A stretch of 64,000 nucleotides of DNA from an uncultured delta proteobacterium (GCA_963843165.1 CAWJJL010000052.1:1145-65144), one strand, 5' to 3'. Numbered from the stretch's first letter, positions 19,317 to 31,535 are shown. Numbers and translations: made by a program. The notes: generated by a model from the sequence alone, not told the origin.

Positions 19317-19886
19317 ATGGAAGTGTTGACGGTCTATCAGGCAAGCAAGTACTGCGGCGTTTCACCGAAGACCATAGCAAATTGGATCGATGAAGGGCAC
19401 ATAGTTGCTTTTCGAACGGTCGGAGGACACCGTCGGATCAAGAAACAGGATTTAGACACTTTCTTGCGCACAAGAGGGATGCCGATTCCGACGGAGTTTC
19501 GACAAGAGGATAGAAAAAAGATTCTGGTAGTAGATGACGATAAATTGATTGTTGAAACTATCGTTACCGCCCTCGAGGAAGAACCACATAATTATGAGAT
19601 TGTTTCCGCATCAGACGGTTTTGAGGCAGGTCTCCAGGTCAGCCATTTTAAGCCCGATCTCTTAATACTCGACATCATGATGCCCGATATCGACGGGTTT
19701 GAAGTTTGCAAGAAAATTAAGCAGGATGCTGCTACAAATCACGTAAAAATCATGGTTCTTTCCGCTTACATGGACGAAGACAATTTTGAAATAATGAAGG
19801 AAAAAGGCGCCGATGTTTGTTTTTCCAAGCCATTGCCGTTGGAAAAATTGAAAAAAGAAATTGCGAAACTTCTTGGCGTTGCCTGA
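19317..19886 (+). CDS. Response regulator with N-terminal excisionase/MerR-type HTH and C-terminal receiver domain
   Basis: The HTH region is VYQASKYCGVSPKTIANWIDEGHI..GGHRRI. The REC domain is KILVVDDD...LLILDIMMPDIDG...K. Confidence 0.8.
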   Translation: MEVLTVYQASKYCGVSPKTIANWIDEGHIVAFRTVGGHRRIKKQDLDTFLRTRGMPIPTEFRQEDRKKILVVDDDKLIVETIVTALEEEPHNYEIVSASDGFEAGLQVSHFKPDLLILDIMMPDIDGFEVCKKIKQDAATNHVKIMVLSAYMDEDNFEIMKEKGADVCFSKPLPLEKLKKEIAKLLGVA

Positions 19887-19918
19887 GTTGAAATTGCGTT
19901 TTAGAGGAGAGTTTGGGT

Positions 19919-20788
19919 ATGAGCCTGAAAGAAGCCTTGGCTGGCAAACGATTTGCTGTGACGTCTGAGATTTACCTTCCCCACGATAAATCTCCTGAGA
20001 ACTACCTCGACGAAATTTATAATTTGCGGACAAGGATAGATGGTCTTCGATTTCAGCCTTTTTCAGCGGACGCGGCGGTAAGTAGTTCACTCACACTGTG
20101 CCGCATACTCCGTGAGAAGAAATTCGATCCAATTTTTCAGGTAACAACTCGGGATCGAAATAGACTGGAAATTCAGGACGCTCTTGTTCATGCTTCATCT
20201 CTCGGCATAGAGAATCTTTTGGTGTTCACGCAAGATTACAGGGTCACAGGAGATTCGCTCCAGGAGTTAATGTTTTTTCATGTCGACATGGGCAAGTTCT
20301 TTTCTGTTATCGACGGCTTACAAAAAGGAACGGACATACATGGAAAAGATCTGGATGCCGAGAGAACTTTTTTTATAGGGTCCGGGGTGGACGCTACCGC
20401 GGGTTCGAGACTTCCTGACATGGAGTTACGAGAGATGGAGCAATTGGCTAAAGGAGGCGCTCAATATTTCATTACCAGCCCAGTGTTCGATGTTGACCAA
20501 TTCGCAGGCTTTGTGAATAAAGTGGCTCCTTTAGGTATTCCGGTGATAGCCGAAGTCATCATGCTTCACACTGCAATGGAAGCCCGCCTTTTATCACGAT
20601 ATAGCGGGTTGAATATTCCGGAACGCGTTATACAAGAGATGGAGAAGGCGCCGGTAAAATTCGACGCTTCGGCCAAGATTACTCTTGAACTGATAGAGTC
20701 TCTCAGAGGCTTGTGCGCTGGGGTGCACATTGCTCCTTTCGGTTGGGAAGCGAAAATCGCCCCTCTAATTCAGAAAATCAGGCGATGA
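19919..20788 (+). CDS. metF: Methylenetetrahydrofolate reductase (MetF-like)
   Basis: 289 aa; the blocks FAVTSEI, QVTTRDRN, LLVFTQDY, YFITSPVFD and GVHIAPFG fit the MTHFR TIM-barrel family. Confidence 0.7.
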   Translation: MSLKEALAGKRFAVTSEIYLPHDKSPENYLDEIYNLRTRIDGLRFQPFSADAAVSSSLTLCRILREKKFDPIFQVTTRDRNRLEIQDALVHASSLGIENLLVFTQDYRVTGDSLQELMFFHVDMGKFFSVIDGLQKGTDIHGKDLDAERTFFIGSGVDATAGSRLPDMELREMEQLAKGGAQYFITSPVFDVDQFAGFVNKVAPLGIPVIAEVIMLHTAMEARLLSRYSGLNIPERVIQEMEKAPVKFDASAKITLELIESLRGLCAGVHIAPFGWEAKIAPLIQKIRR

Positions 20789-20917
20789 GCTTACGGATTA
20801 AGTTATACCTGTAAAGGCTTCTTAGATCGATTGATCTCTGCAAACAACCTGCTGATCCTCTCCCGGACAGGTCTGTATCGGAATTGTGGTTCTTGTCAGC
20901 GCCGGGATGCAAAATTC

Positions 20918-21136
20918 ATGAACGAGAACATACCCGGAATCTTTGTACCCAAGCAACTAATAGAAGAATTAGAAGGAGCCCCCAAAAGCAAAGCATTGGA
21001 AACCGGAATAGGTATAGCGGCCGGGACCATCAAAGGGATCAGGGACAAAGCCTTGGCCGACGGCGTCCATATCATGGCGATATGTAAAGAAGAAGTCGTG
21101 CCACGGATCTTAGACTTGGCTGGAATTAATAAATAG
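20918..21136 (+). CDS. Stand-alone MTHFR C-terminal-like fragment (72 aa)
   Basis: MNENIPGIFVPKQLIEELEGAP...GIGIAAGTIKGIRDKALADGVHIMA parallels the C-terminal segment of the preceding metF (GLNIPERVIQEMEKAP...GVHIAPFG). Confidence 0.45.
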   Translation: MNENIPGIFVPKQLIEELEGAPKSKALETGIGIAAGTIKGIRDKALADGVHIMAICKEEVVPRILDLAGINK

Positions 21137-21158
21137 CTTGCGATTGGAGGAGACAACG

Positions 21159-22655
21159 ATGCCTAAGCGAGAATTCCTTTCTGTCATTGATATGACTAGG
21201 GAAGAAATTCAGGACCGCCTGGATACTTTACAACGCAGCTATCAAGAATTCTTTATGGTCGCAAGAGAAGGTTTTTTCATATCAACCCGTGAAGGTCAGT
21301 TCATTGATTGCAATGACGCTCTCGTAAAAATGCTGGGCTACAACGTGACAGAGGAGCTTTTGACACGTGAACTCGAAAAAGACCTTTGGATGAGACCTGA
21401 AGACAGGCGCGCTTGGCAACGTTTGATGGAAAGCAAGGGAGAGATCTCTGATTACGAGGCCCTGTTTAAGAGGAAAGATGGTTCTCCTTTTTATATAGAG
21501 ATTTCCGGTCAAGTTTGGCGTGACAAACACGGCAATATAGCAGGATACCGGGGTTTTATGGTGGACCGATCACAGGAGAAAATTCTACAGGAAAAAATCA
21601 AAGCGTCGGAAGTCAAGTTTCGTGACCTGTTCGAGAATATTCAGGACGGGGTATTCATCGCGGATGCTCATGGAAAGGTGCTCGACTGCAACAGCGCACT
21701 ATGCGAGATAGTAGGATATACCAGAGATGAGTTTCTCCAGATGGACTATTATCGAGAGCTTTTCGCCAATCAAGAAGATATCGCGGAGTTTAGGCGGCTT
21801 GTAACCGACGAAGGATCAGTCAAGGATTGGGAGTTACAAATTTTTATGAAGGACGGTAGCAGACGAGACATATCCATGAGTGGTTATGCCAGCAGAAACA
21901 GCGCGGGTGAAATAATCAATTTTCAGGGGCTCATGCGCGACGTAACGGAATCCAAGCGCCTACGTGCTCAGCTGATACAGACTGAGTCGGCTATAGGTAA
22001 AATGGCTTCACAATTAGCTCACGAACTCAACAATCCAATCTATGGCATTATGAATTGTCTCGATTTGCTCAAAGATGTCGTTCCTGAGAGTAATGAAAAG
22101 CGCAAATATCTCGATTTGGCCTATAATGAATGCAAACGGACATCCGGGCTACTTATTAAGATGCTGAAATTTTTTAAACCAGACAATGAAGAAAAGGGCC
22201 TCACAGATGTCAATAAGCTTTTGGAAGAGACGCTTCTTTTCTACGAACGTCAATTCAAGAACCAGAATATCCGCGTCGAAACTGATTTCGCTCCTGATCT
22301 ACCCCGTATAATGGCCGTCGGCAGTCACCTGAAGCAAGTATTTATAAATATGGTGATAAATGCAAATACGGCAATGCCATCCGGCGGTGAACTGAAAATT
22401 TCCAGCCGATGCCGCCCCGAAGAGAGTGAAATAGCCATAATTATCAAGGACACCGGTGTGGGTATCCCCCCGCAGAATGTGGACAGAATTTTCGAAGCTT
22501 TTTTTACGACCAAGAAAAAGGTGAAGGGCGTAGGCTTGGGCCTAAGCATAAGCTACGGATTTATTCGGGAGCATGGCGGTAGAATAGAGGTGCAGAGTGA
22601 GATCGGAAAAGGAACAACATTCACGATTTGTCTGCCGCTCAATGGCAAATCATGA
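21159..22655 (+). CDS. PAS/PAS sensor histidine kinase
   Basis: Two PAS modules, an H-box (LAHELNNPI), and N, G1 and G2 boxes (NANTAM, DTGVGI, GLGLSI). Confidence 0.85.
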   Translation: MPKREFLSVIDMTREEIQDRLDTLQRSYQEFFMVAREGFFISTREGQFIDCNDALVKMLGYNVTEELLTRELEKDLWMRPEDRRAWQRLMESKGEISDYEALFKRKDGSPFYIEISGQVWRDKHGNIAGYRGFMVDRSQEKILQEKIKASEVKFRDLFENIQDGVFIADAHGKVLDCNSALCEIVGYTRDEFLQMDYYRELFANQEDIAEFRRLVTDEGSVKDWELQIFMKDGSRRDISMSGYASRNSAGEIINFQGLMRDVTESKRLRAQLIQTESAIGKMASQLAHELNNPIYGIMNCLDLLKDVVPESNEKRKYLDLAYNECKRTSGLLIKMLKFFKPDNEEKGLTDVNKLLEETLLFYERQFKNQNIRVETDFAPDLPRIMAVGSHLKQVFINMVINANTAMPSGGELKISSRCRPEESEIAIIIKDTGVGIPPQNVDRIFEAFFTTKKKVKGVGLGLSISYGFIREHGGRIEVQSEIGKGTTFTICLPLNGKS

Positions 22656-22814
22656 TCTATTATTTTAGAGTGGAGTTCTAATAAACGGCTTTTTGGCTTG
22701 TCTCAGAATCTACCTCCTGTTACGGTTTTCATAATATCCATTCAGTGCGGAATCTAGGTTTCGCGTTGCTGACAATCTCGGAATTTGCGGATCAGAGTTT
22801 GATGCCGTTGAGAC

Positions 22815-24009
22815 TCACTTCGGCCGATCAATGTTAATCGTAGGGACCATTCTTACCGAGAGCGGCTGATCGTTTGACAGAATTTCCTTGCCTTGGGTAA
22901 CAACAACGTCTCCTTCCTTCAATCCTGCGAGCACAGTGGCGTATCGTTGATTACTTTCGCCGACTTTGATCTGGGTAAGTTGAGCTTTGTTTTCGTCTCC
23001 CACCAGATAGACGGAGTTATCGCCGTTGCTTCTGTTCTGATCGAGAAGCGCCACGATAGGAACACGAAGCACATCCGGTATAGTTTTGACCGCAATTCTC
23101 CCGCGGCCCACCATACCTTGTAGTAATCTCATATCGGGATTCGTGACATAAATCCTGACTTCGAATAACCTGTTGTCATTAGCTACAGGTTCGACATAAG
23201 TCAGCCGACCCGAAAAAGTCTCACCCGGGTAGCAATCGAGCGTGACATCAGCCTGTTGGCCACCTGATCGAATTTTCGTCAAGGACAGTTTTCCTACATC
23301 GAGATCTGTAATGAATGCTTCGAGATAAATTCTATCGTAATCACTGATTTGGAAAAGTCTCTTGCCCTCGGATACCCAATCGCCTCGTTCCACATATCGC
23401 TTTGAAAGCACCCCAGTAATGGGCGAGATCACTTGCGTCTTCTTGAGATCGTCCAAAGCACGTTCTAAGAAAGCCTTATCTGCATCCACTTGGGCTAGTG
23501 AGTTTTGATAAGCAGTAAGTTTTTGATCATATATAGTGTGGCTTACGGACCCGCTGTCATAGAGTCCTTTATTTTTTTCCAACTCGGATTTATTAAACGC
23601 CAGCGATGCTTCCTCTTTTTTCAAATTTGCGCTGGCTTGTGCAGCCGCCTCTTTGATTTTTTTTTCCTCCAATTTAAGAAGCAACTCGCCTTGTTTGACA
23701 AGCTGACAATCCTCAACTTCAATCGTCGCAACCTGAGCAGATACTTCGGCAGCTAATGTTGTATTCGCGGCAAATTTCATGACTCCTGATAGCTGCAAGG
23801 CAACATCAATCGAGCCTTTGTCCATGCGCATAGCTCCCACTTTAATGGACGGCAGGGTGGCGTCTTGCTCCGTTTGTCAGAGCAACCGGTGCCAAAAGCA
23901 GAACCAGTAACAAGACGAAAACAGGAACATGAATCAGTCCGTGTTCATAAGGGCACCAGCAGTGGGCGTGATTGTGATATCCGCGATTAAATTTATCTGG
24001 ATGCGGCAT
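22815..24009 (-). CDS. RND efflux periplasmic adaptor (HlyD/MFP family), frame broken between 23845 and 23878
   Basis: The 341-aa ORF has the lipoyl/barrel motifs but no N-terminal anchor. The 62-aa ORF immediately upstream supplies a TM helix (VPVFVLLLVLLLAPVAL) in another frame. The exact start is uncertain. Confidence 0.7.
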
Positions 24010-27000
24010 CTTGTTTTTCCAAATCTTCAAAACGAAGAGGTTTTACTTTCCATACGATTTGTTTGAGATCGTCCAGCAAGGTATAAATTACAGGTATGAA
24101 AATCAGCGTAAAAAGGGTGGCCAACGCTAGGCCCCCAACAACCGCCATTGCCAGGCCGTTATAAATTTCCGCGCCGGCACCGGTTTTCAAGGCCAAAGGC
24201 AGCATGCCCAGAACCATAGCTATTGCTGTCATGAAGATGGGCCTCATCCGTCTCTTGCTAGCGAGTACAAGTGCTTTGTCTCGTTCCAGCCCATGATCCT
24301 CAATGAGTTGTACTGCATAAGTAATTAGAAGAATAGCATTTTTCACTACCAAGCCAACCATCATAATATATCCGAGTATTGTGAAAGAGTCGAATGGTGT
24401 TCCTGTGAGTCTTATAAGGAAATTCGCCCCGATTATGGACAGCGGTACACTGAGGAGGATCGAAAGAGGCCTGAGAAAGGATTGAAACTGCATCACCAAT
24501 AGCAGATAAACCACAATCACCGACAGCGGGAACACAAAAACAACTGCTTCCCTGAGGGCCTGCAGTTCATTCACAGCGCCAAACGTAACCATCTCATATC
24601 CACCGGGAAACGGGACCGTGGATAGAATCCTCTCCTTTACTTCTTTAAAAACATCTGAAAGGGGTCGGTCCTGCACAGTAAGCTGGACCCGGGCGCTGCG
24701 TTTTGAATTGTAATGATTTATCTGAAGGGGTCCGAGTGTCGTCACCACTGACGCAACGCTTGTCAGAGGGACATGAGTTTCGGGAGAACCCGGAGATGTC
24801 AGGATTATGCCGGAAACATCGTTGACAGTCTGGAAATTTGTTTCAGGACCCATAACTCTGACATAGTAATAACGACCTTCCACATCATATTGCGAGCTGG
24901 TTCGCTGCCCACCTATATGGGATTCCACAGCGTCCGCAATATCTTTGACATCGAAACCAAAATGCGCAGCTCGTTCCGGATCGACTCTTACTTCCACTTC
25001 AGGCTTATTCAGATACAGGTCAGTGTAACGAAAAATCACTCCCTTGGTGTCTTTGCCTATTTCCATAATCTGTTTTACCAGGTCGTCTACAGTCGTGTAA
25101 TTTTTGCCCACAATGCGTACATCAACTATATTCGATCTGGTCATAATGTTGCCGAAGAGCGGGAAACGAATAGGGTTGATCGCTTTCACGGGAAGGTCCC
25201 TCGCTGCCTCATGAGCCGCTAACGCGATCTGCTGAATCGGAACTCCGCTGTCTTCCTCGCGGTCGCATGTAAGATAAATTCTGTTTCGCTGCATAGTCCG
25301 ATTAGGAGTTGCAACCACATGTCTGACTCCTTTGATGTTTTTCCACCTGTCTTCGAGAATGCTCATCAACCGACTATTCTCATCAAGGCTGGTCCCTTCG
25401 TACGTTTCGACTTGCACTCTGATCAGATTAGTCCCTCCCGTAGGCAAATAGCCCATTCCTGGTAGAGCCCAGTAGGACAACAAAAACAGTCCCAAAACGG
25501 CCGCTACAAGGATGAGCTTGCGGGGCAGACCACTCAAGAAAAATTCCAAAGATCTCAAAGTCATCTGAGCTGCCGATGCACCGAGCCTATCAGTAAATCT
25601 TAAAAGGAACTGCTATCGGTTTGAGCCAGCCGACAAATTCTGTGTCGCGGCTCATCCAGCGGGCTGCGAGCATAGGGACTACAGTGAAGGCATCAAAGAG
25701 AGACAGAAACATTGCACACGAAATTATGAACGCAACTGGACCGAACAGTGTGCCCACTTCTCCTTTGAGCATGAGAACAGGCAAGAACACCGCCGCTGTT
25801 GTCAGCGTGCACATGAATGCCGCCATGCCGACCTCGCGGGTTCCGTCGACACATGCTTGCACTATGCTCTTGTGCTCTTCAAATCTGTGTCTATATATAT
25901 TCTCGAGCACAACAATAGCGTCATCTACAATCATTCCGATGGAGAGAGCCAAACCCGCCAATGAAAGAACATTTATGGAATAGCCGAACAGATACATTCC
26001 GATGAAAGTCCCAACGATCGACACCGGAATCGACGTGGCGACTATAAGAATGCTTCTCCAATTTTTCAGAAATATGAAGAGCACCAGCAATACCAGGAGA
26101 ATGGCTTCGATTAAGGCCTTTCTGACAATGACCACCGCATCGCGGATATAATGGCTCTGGTCATATATTTTCTGAAACTGAGCCCCTTGAGGGCCGTATT
26201 CCTTTTGCAACAGCCCCAGCTCCCGGTCCACCGAATCTATTGTTTGAATGATATTTGCGCCTACTTGATTGAAGACATCAAAAATAATTCCAGGCGTGCC
26301 GTTTATGCGGCAATACGAATTCGGCCTTTCGTATCTGTCCTCGACTGTGGCAACATCCGAGAGGTAAACTATGGGGGCGCCCGGCTTTGAAATCCGTACC
26401 CGTCGAAAGGCATCGGCGTTTAGCAGTAATCCTACTGTACGAACAGTCCATTCTCTAGTATCTTCAACAAAATAACTCCCGCTCTGATTGAGATTAGTAC
26501 GATCGATAAAACCTTTTATGTCCGAAATAGTAAGTCGACGTGCCTTCAGCCTTTCCGGGTCGAAGGTTATACGCATTTCGCGATTTTTGTTTCCATCGAA
26601 CTGACAGTCTCCGACTCCCGAGATCCTTCGAATTCTGGGAGCTATGTCTCGATCGGCCCAGCTGGACATAGTCACGATGTCAGCCGAACCTGTCATGGCA
26701 AATTGATAGACAGGCAAGCTGACTCGATCGCTTGCTTTGAAAATTTGAGGCTTGTCTACCTCCTTAGGGAGATCTTTGACTCGATCCAAATTTCGCTGAA
26801 GTTCCGACGCAGCCACATCGAGGTTTGTCCCGGATCTATAAAATACAAGTAATATAGACTCTCCCAGGCGAGAGTAACTTTGCGTATTAAGCATGTTGGA
26901 TACGCCGCTTATGCCCTCCTCAAAACGAGTAGTGATTTCACCCTCAACGTCTTCAGGAGCGGCGCCCGGAAATGTGGTCACGACAACAAGGAGAGGCTGT

Positions 27001-27122
27001 TCTGTATCGGGTTTGAGTTCCACACTGATAAATTTTAGGCACACGTAGCCAAAGACAATCACTAATAGTACGCGAACTATCACGGTTATAGGATAACGGA
27101 CTGAAGATTCTGCTACATGCAT
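23993..27122 (-). CDS. RND (AcrB/HAE1-type) efflux pump, frame broken near 25590-25600
   Basis: The 510-aa N-half and 523-aa C-half together have AcrB length and topology. The alternative frame reads through the junction as ...PFK-FTDRLGASAAQMTLRSLEF.... Confidence 0.85.
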
Positions 27123-27341
27123 TGTCTATTTCAAAAGCTACTGAATCAGCTTAATTTCTGACGGTTCGCAAATGATGGAGTAATCCCTCATAGGGGAATA
27201 TAACAAAATTCGGATCAGTTGGTTTCGGATCGTTCCAGGCAATGCGCCTAAAGGAGACACGTGGAAAGCATGTACGATTGGTCTGGTCATGTCAAGGCAT
27301 GTGATTTACGTGGTGAAGTTATCTGAGATGCTGAATTCCCT

Positions 27342-28571
27342 TTATTCATGCCTTAAAGCTTCTATCGGATGGAGTCGTGAAGCCTTGAACGCCGGGTAAA
27401 ATCCGAAGAAAACACCGACCGCGCCGGAGAACAGGATGGCCACGCAGATGGTCAAGGGATCCACAAGAGCGGGCCAGCCGCTTGTACGGGCGAAGATGAA
27501 AGCTCCGACTATTCCGAATATCGTTCCAATGAATCCTCCGTTAACAGAAAGCACAACCCCTTCAATGAGAAATTGGGACAGGATATCTGCGGATCTGGCG
27601 CCCACGGCCATTCGTACACCTATTTCCCGAGTGCGCTCAGTGACGGATACCAACATGATATTCATGATTCCTATACCGCCGACGAGCAATGATATTGCCG
27701 CAATAGCACCCAAAAGCGTAGTCATTATATTTAAACTTTTTTGAGCTGTTTCGAGGACTTCGGTGAGATTGCGAATTGTAAAATCCTTTTCCTGATTACG
27801 ACCGATTTTGTGACGTCGCGTGAGTAATTCATCTATCTGTTTTTCCGCATCAGGAATAAGAGTCAGATCCTTTGCCTGAACCATAATAGCCTGAATCTCA
27901 TCGGGAAATGGAGTGCCGAAAAGTCTGTTCTGGGACGTTCTCAGGGGAACGAAAACCGCATCATCCTGATCATCGCCCCGTGGTGACTGTCCTTTACGAT
28001 CCAGCACTCCAATGACCGTAAATGGGACGCTTTTAATTCTTACCATTTTTCCCAGCGGGTACGTGTCTCCGAAGAGATTTTCAACAACCGTCTGGCCTAG
28101 CACAGCTACTTTGGCTGCCTGCTTGTCCTCCTCATGTGTGAACAATCGGCCTGACAGGATCGGCCATTCTCGGATTTCAAAGCTGCTTTCCCATGTTCCG
28201 GTTACACGCGTTCTCCAATTCCGGTTAGCATAGACGACCTGGGTGACTTCTCCCCAGTTCGGCGCCGCGAGTTTGACAGCGGGACATTCTCGAATTATAG
28301 CTTCGGCGTCAGTTGATTTCAGCGTGTGAACTGATCCTGAACCCATTCTTGCTCCACCTTGAACAGTAGCGCCTGGAATTACAAGAATAAGGTTGCTTCC
28401 TATTGAACGGATTTGGTCACCGATCATCTGGCGGGCGCCAGCTCCGACCGCCACCATTACGATCACCGCGCCCACTCCGATCACGATGCCGAGCATAGTG
28501 AGAAGTGCCCGCAGCACATTCACTTTTAATGCGCCCAAGGCAATTTTTACGCCGTCCAAAGGATTAATCAT
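27342..28571 (-). CDS. ABC transporter permease, MacB/FtsX family
   Basis: 409 aa: N-terminal TM helix, a large periplasmic domain, and a C-terminal FtsX-type three-helix bundle ending ...PAFKASRLHPIEALRHE. Confidence 0.85.
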   Translation of the reverse strand: MINPLDGVKIALGALKVNVLRALLTMLGIVIGVGAVIVMVAVGAGARQMIGDQIRSIGSNLILVIPGATVQGGARMGSGSVHTLKSTDAEAIIRECPAVKLAAPNWGEVTQVVYANRNWRTRVTGTWESSFEIREWPILSGRLFTHEEDKQAAKVAVLGQTVVENLFGDTYPLGKMVRIKSVPFTVIGVLDRKGQSPRGDDQDDAVFVPLRTSQNRLFGTPFPDEIQAIMVQAKDLTLIPDAEKQIDELLTRRHKIGRNQEKDFTIRNLTEVLETAQKSLNIMTTLLGAIAAISLLVGGIGIMNIMLVSVTERTREIGVRMAVGARSADILSQFLIEGVVLSVNGGFIGTIFGIVGAFIFARTSGWPALVDPLTICVAILFSGAVGVFFGFYPAFKASRLHPIEALRHE

Positions 28572-28606
28572 AGCGTAGCTGATTCTCGTTCATGTGTTTG
28601 CGTGTA

Positions 28607-29781
28607 TTAGAAACGGAGTCGAAGGCCCGACGATTGAGCATTCTTTTTAGTAGAAACAGAATCAACGACCACACGGTCGCCGGCCGTTAAATCATGCGAC
28701 ATAATCTGTATTCGTTCACTTCCGATCATCCCGATTTTTACACTCACGGGATTAAGCTTATCCTTTTCAGCCAGTTTCCATACTCTGCGTTCGCCGGATT
28801 TCAAGGGCGGAAGATCAAATGTTTGACCTGTTGGCGTGAAACGAAAAGCCTGATCAGGAACCATAAGAGCGTCATTGACTTCGCTAAGATGAATCTGAAC
28901 AGTAGTTGTCATACCCGGTCTTAACTTCAAGTCATCATTATTCACGTCAAGAATCACATTGTATGTGACCACATTCTGCTGAATCTGCGGATCGTTGCGA
29001 ATCTGCGTGACCGCTGCACTGAAGAACTCGTCAGGAAACGCCGGAACCGAGAAAGTAGCCTTCTGGCCTACTCTGATCCTGCCTATATCAGCTTCATCCA
29101 CACTGGTGTAAACCTGCATGACAGTGAGGTCCTCAGCTATTCTGAAAAGCACTGGAGTTTGGAAACTCGCAGCGACCGTCTGTCCAACATCCATGTTTCT
29201 CGCTGTGACGACTCCATTAACCGGGGCTACGATTTGGGTGTACTTCAGGTTCAGTTCAGCTTCCTCCAGATTTGCCTCCATCTGGGCTATGGCCGCTTTA
29301 GAAGCGTCGATCTGTGCGCGAGCAGCATCAACATTGGTTTGAGCAGTATCCACATCCTGTTGGCTGATAGAATTCGTTCTAATGAGTTCCTCTTTTCGGC
29401 GAAGAGTGCGGACTTGGTCAACGAGACTAACCTCAGCTTTTTCCAGATTGGCCTTCGCTGAAAGTAGGTTGGCTTTAGCTTGTCCGACTTTTGCCTTATA
29501 GGTATCCGGGTCGATTAAGGCAATTAACTCGCCTTCTTTGACGACAGATTCGAAATCCGCGAACAACTTTTTAATGTACCGGAAACTTGGCTACCGACCT
29601 GAACTTCGACACGCGGTTTTATTGTCCCGGTAGAATTAATTTCGGCTTTCAGGGTCCCCTTTTCGATGGGAACGGTGATGTATCTAATCTCCGGCCCGCT
29701 GCTTCGACCGGAGCCGAATACGTAATAGAGTCCAACTACTACCAGCGCTACAATCAACACAATGGTAATTGTTTTCTTCAA
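28607..29781 (-). CDS. MacA-like periplasmic adaptor (HlyD family), frame broken at T5/A5 run 29568-29572
   Basis: The 85-aa ORF (signal anchor plus VGSQVSGTLK) and the 319-aa ORF (LFADFESVVKEGELIALID..., coiled-coil, barrel) join if one A is added to the AAAAA run. Confidence 0.8.
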
Positions 29782-30476
29782 TTGGTTTCTCCGCTATTGC
29801 GCACATCACCCTCGACATTACCGTCTCGGATAAGAATTTTTCTATTGGTCACCTGCCCCACTTCCGGATCATGAGTAACCAATATGAATGTGATCTTTCG
29901 GTCCCGATTTAGTTTTCTAAAGACCATCATAATTTCTGCGCTGGTGCGCGTATCCAAATTGCCGGTGGGCTCATCTGCAAGAATAATCTCCGGGTTGTTA
30001 ACCAGAGCCCTTGCGATTGCAACTCGCTGCTGCTGGCCACCTGACAATTGAGTAGGTAGATGATCCGCCCTGTCGGCCAACCCCACAAGGTCGAGGGCTT
30101 CTACCGCTGCTTCATGGCGCAAACTGCTGGTCATACGACCATAGATCAAAGGAAGTTCTACATTTTGGACTGCGTTGATCCGAGGAAGCAGGTTAAAGCC
30201 CTGGAATACAAAGCCGATCTTTTTGTTTCTTACGTCTGCTCGCTGGTCCCGATCCAAATTCGATACATCCTCTTCGTCCAAAAAGTATCTACCGGATGTC
30301 GGAACATCCAGGCACCCCATAATATTCATAAGTGTGGATTTGCCGGAGCCTGAAGGCCCCATAATCGAAAGAAACTCTCCGGAATCTATGGTCAGATCAA
30401 TTCCCTCTAATGCTGGAACTTTGACTGTTCCAGCCATATAAATCTTTGCCAAATTCTCCATTCGAATCAGTGCCAA
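29778..30476 (-). CDS. ABC transporter ATP-binding protein (MacB-type ATPase)
   Basis: [36 protein letters not shown] and [11 protein letters not shown]. Its stop overlaps the adaptor gene start by 4 nt. Confidence 0.9.
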   Translation of the reverse strand: MALIRMENLAKIYMAGTVKVPALEGIDLTIDSGEFLSIMGPSGSGKSTLMNIMGCLDVPTSGRYFLDEEDVSNLDRDQRADVRNKKIGFVFQGFNLLPRINAVQNVELPLIYGRMTSSLRHEAAVEALDLVGLADRADHLPTQLSGGQQQRVAIARALVNNPEIILADEPTGNLDTRTSAEIMMVFRKLNRDRKITFILVTHDPEVGQVTNRKILIRDGNVEGDVRNSGETN

Positions 30477-30634
30477 ATCTCTAGGCCCCCTATACGTAAG
30501 ACATGATGTCTAATTGGAACGGTGAAACGGTGATTATTTTAACGCAACAATTTGTAATTGAATATACGAGAAATTTGTGAATGCGGATGATGGTGCGGGG
30601 AATGCCACCAGACATTCCCCTTTGATGTGACTTA

Positions 30635-31204
30635 TTAACCTTCTATACCGCCTCGGCGGTTTTCGCCGTGCATTCTGCCCCAATGTCGCATATGCATTCG
30701 GGAGCGGAACCCTTTTTCAGCTTGCCAATCTGATATGCGGCCTATCTGCTCCGGGGTTAATAACGCCAGCCGGTCTCGCCGCATTTTCAACCTTTCACGC
30801 ATAATGTCGCTCCGAAGTTTGACAATTTGATCATCTATTTGTGCGAGTTTCTGTTGATCGATTTTGCCTGATAGCATCATGGTTTTCTTTTCGTCCATAA
30901 GAGAAGCCAAATCTGTGCGGGTTTTGCGTGTACGATCTTTAAAACCTACCTGAAGCGCTCTCAATTGTTTTTTCTGATCCTCCGTAATACCAAGTCTCTT
31001 TTGGATTGCTTCTAATGTGGGTCGGTGATGCCCGGGTTTCGCAAATTCACCTGGCCCGGCGGATAGATTGTCACTTGATCCTACTCTCATTGCCGTTGAC
31101 TCAGGCGGTGTAGTCGGATTGTCCTGGGCTGCGAAACCGTGGGAGCCGATGCCTACCGCCACGGCCACAACTAAGAACAATACTAGCAGTGCACTTTTGA
31201 TCAT
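30635..31204 (-). CDS. Periplasmic Spy/CpxP-family (LTXXQ motif) protein
   Basis: Signal peptide, helical Lys/Arg/Gln-rich sequence, and LTPEQ and ITEDQ motifs. Confidence 0.55.
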   Translation of the reverse strand: MIKSALLVLFLVVAVAVGIGSHGFAAQDNPTTPPESTAMRVGSSDNLSAGPGEFAKPGHHRPTLEAIQKRLGITEDQKKQLRALQVGFKDRTRKTRTDLASLMDEKKTMMLSGKIDQQKLAQIDDQIVKLRSDIMRERLKMRRDRLALLTPEQIGRISDWQAEKGFRSRMHMRHWGRMHGENRRGGIEG

Positions 31205-31535
31205 GTGGAATGCCTCCTTATTCTGTCTTTAGCGTATTTGACGCAAAAGGAGATAAGTCGTTAAATCGGGATAATTTCTGGATCGGAGATGGCTTGGCGG
31301 GGGGTCTGAAATGAACTTAGATTGCGTTATGACCAGACTGATTGCAGATTCTAAAATGAAAGGGCTGAACCCGAGTAAGCCCATAAATGACTAGAGTGCC
31401 TGTATAAGTCGCAGAGCTTTATTCGGGTGACCTAAGTATTCCAAAAATTGAATCACTGTGCATTTTTCCAGGTAAAATTTGCTTTCAAGACGGCAGCGGG
31501 TCGGGTTTTTGCAAAGCTGCGCCTTCAACTCAATT

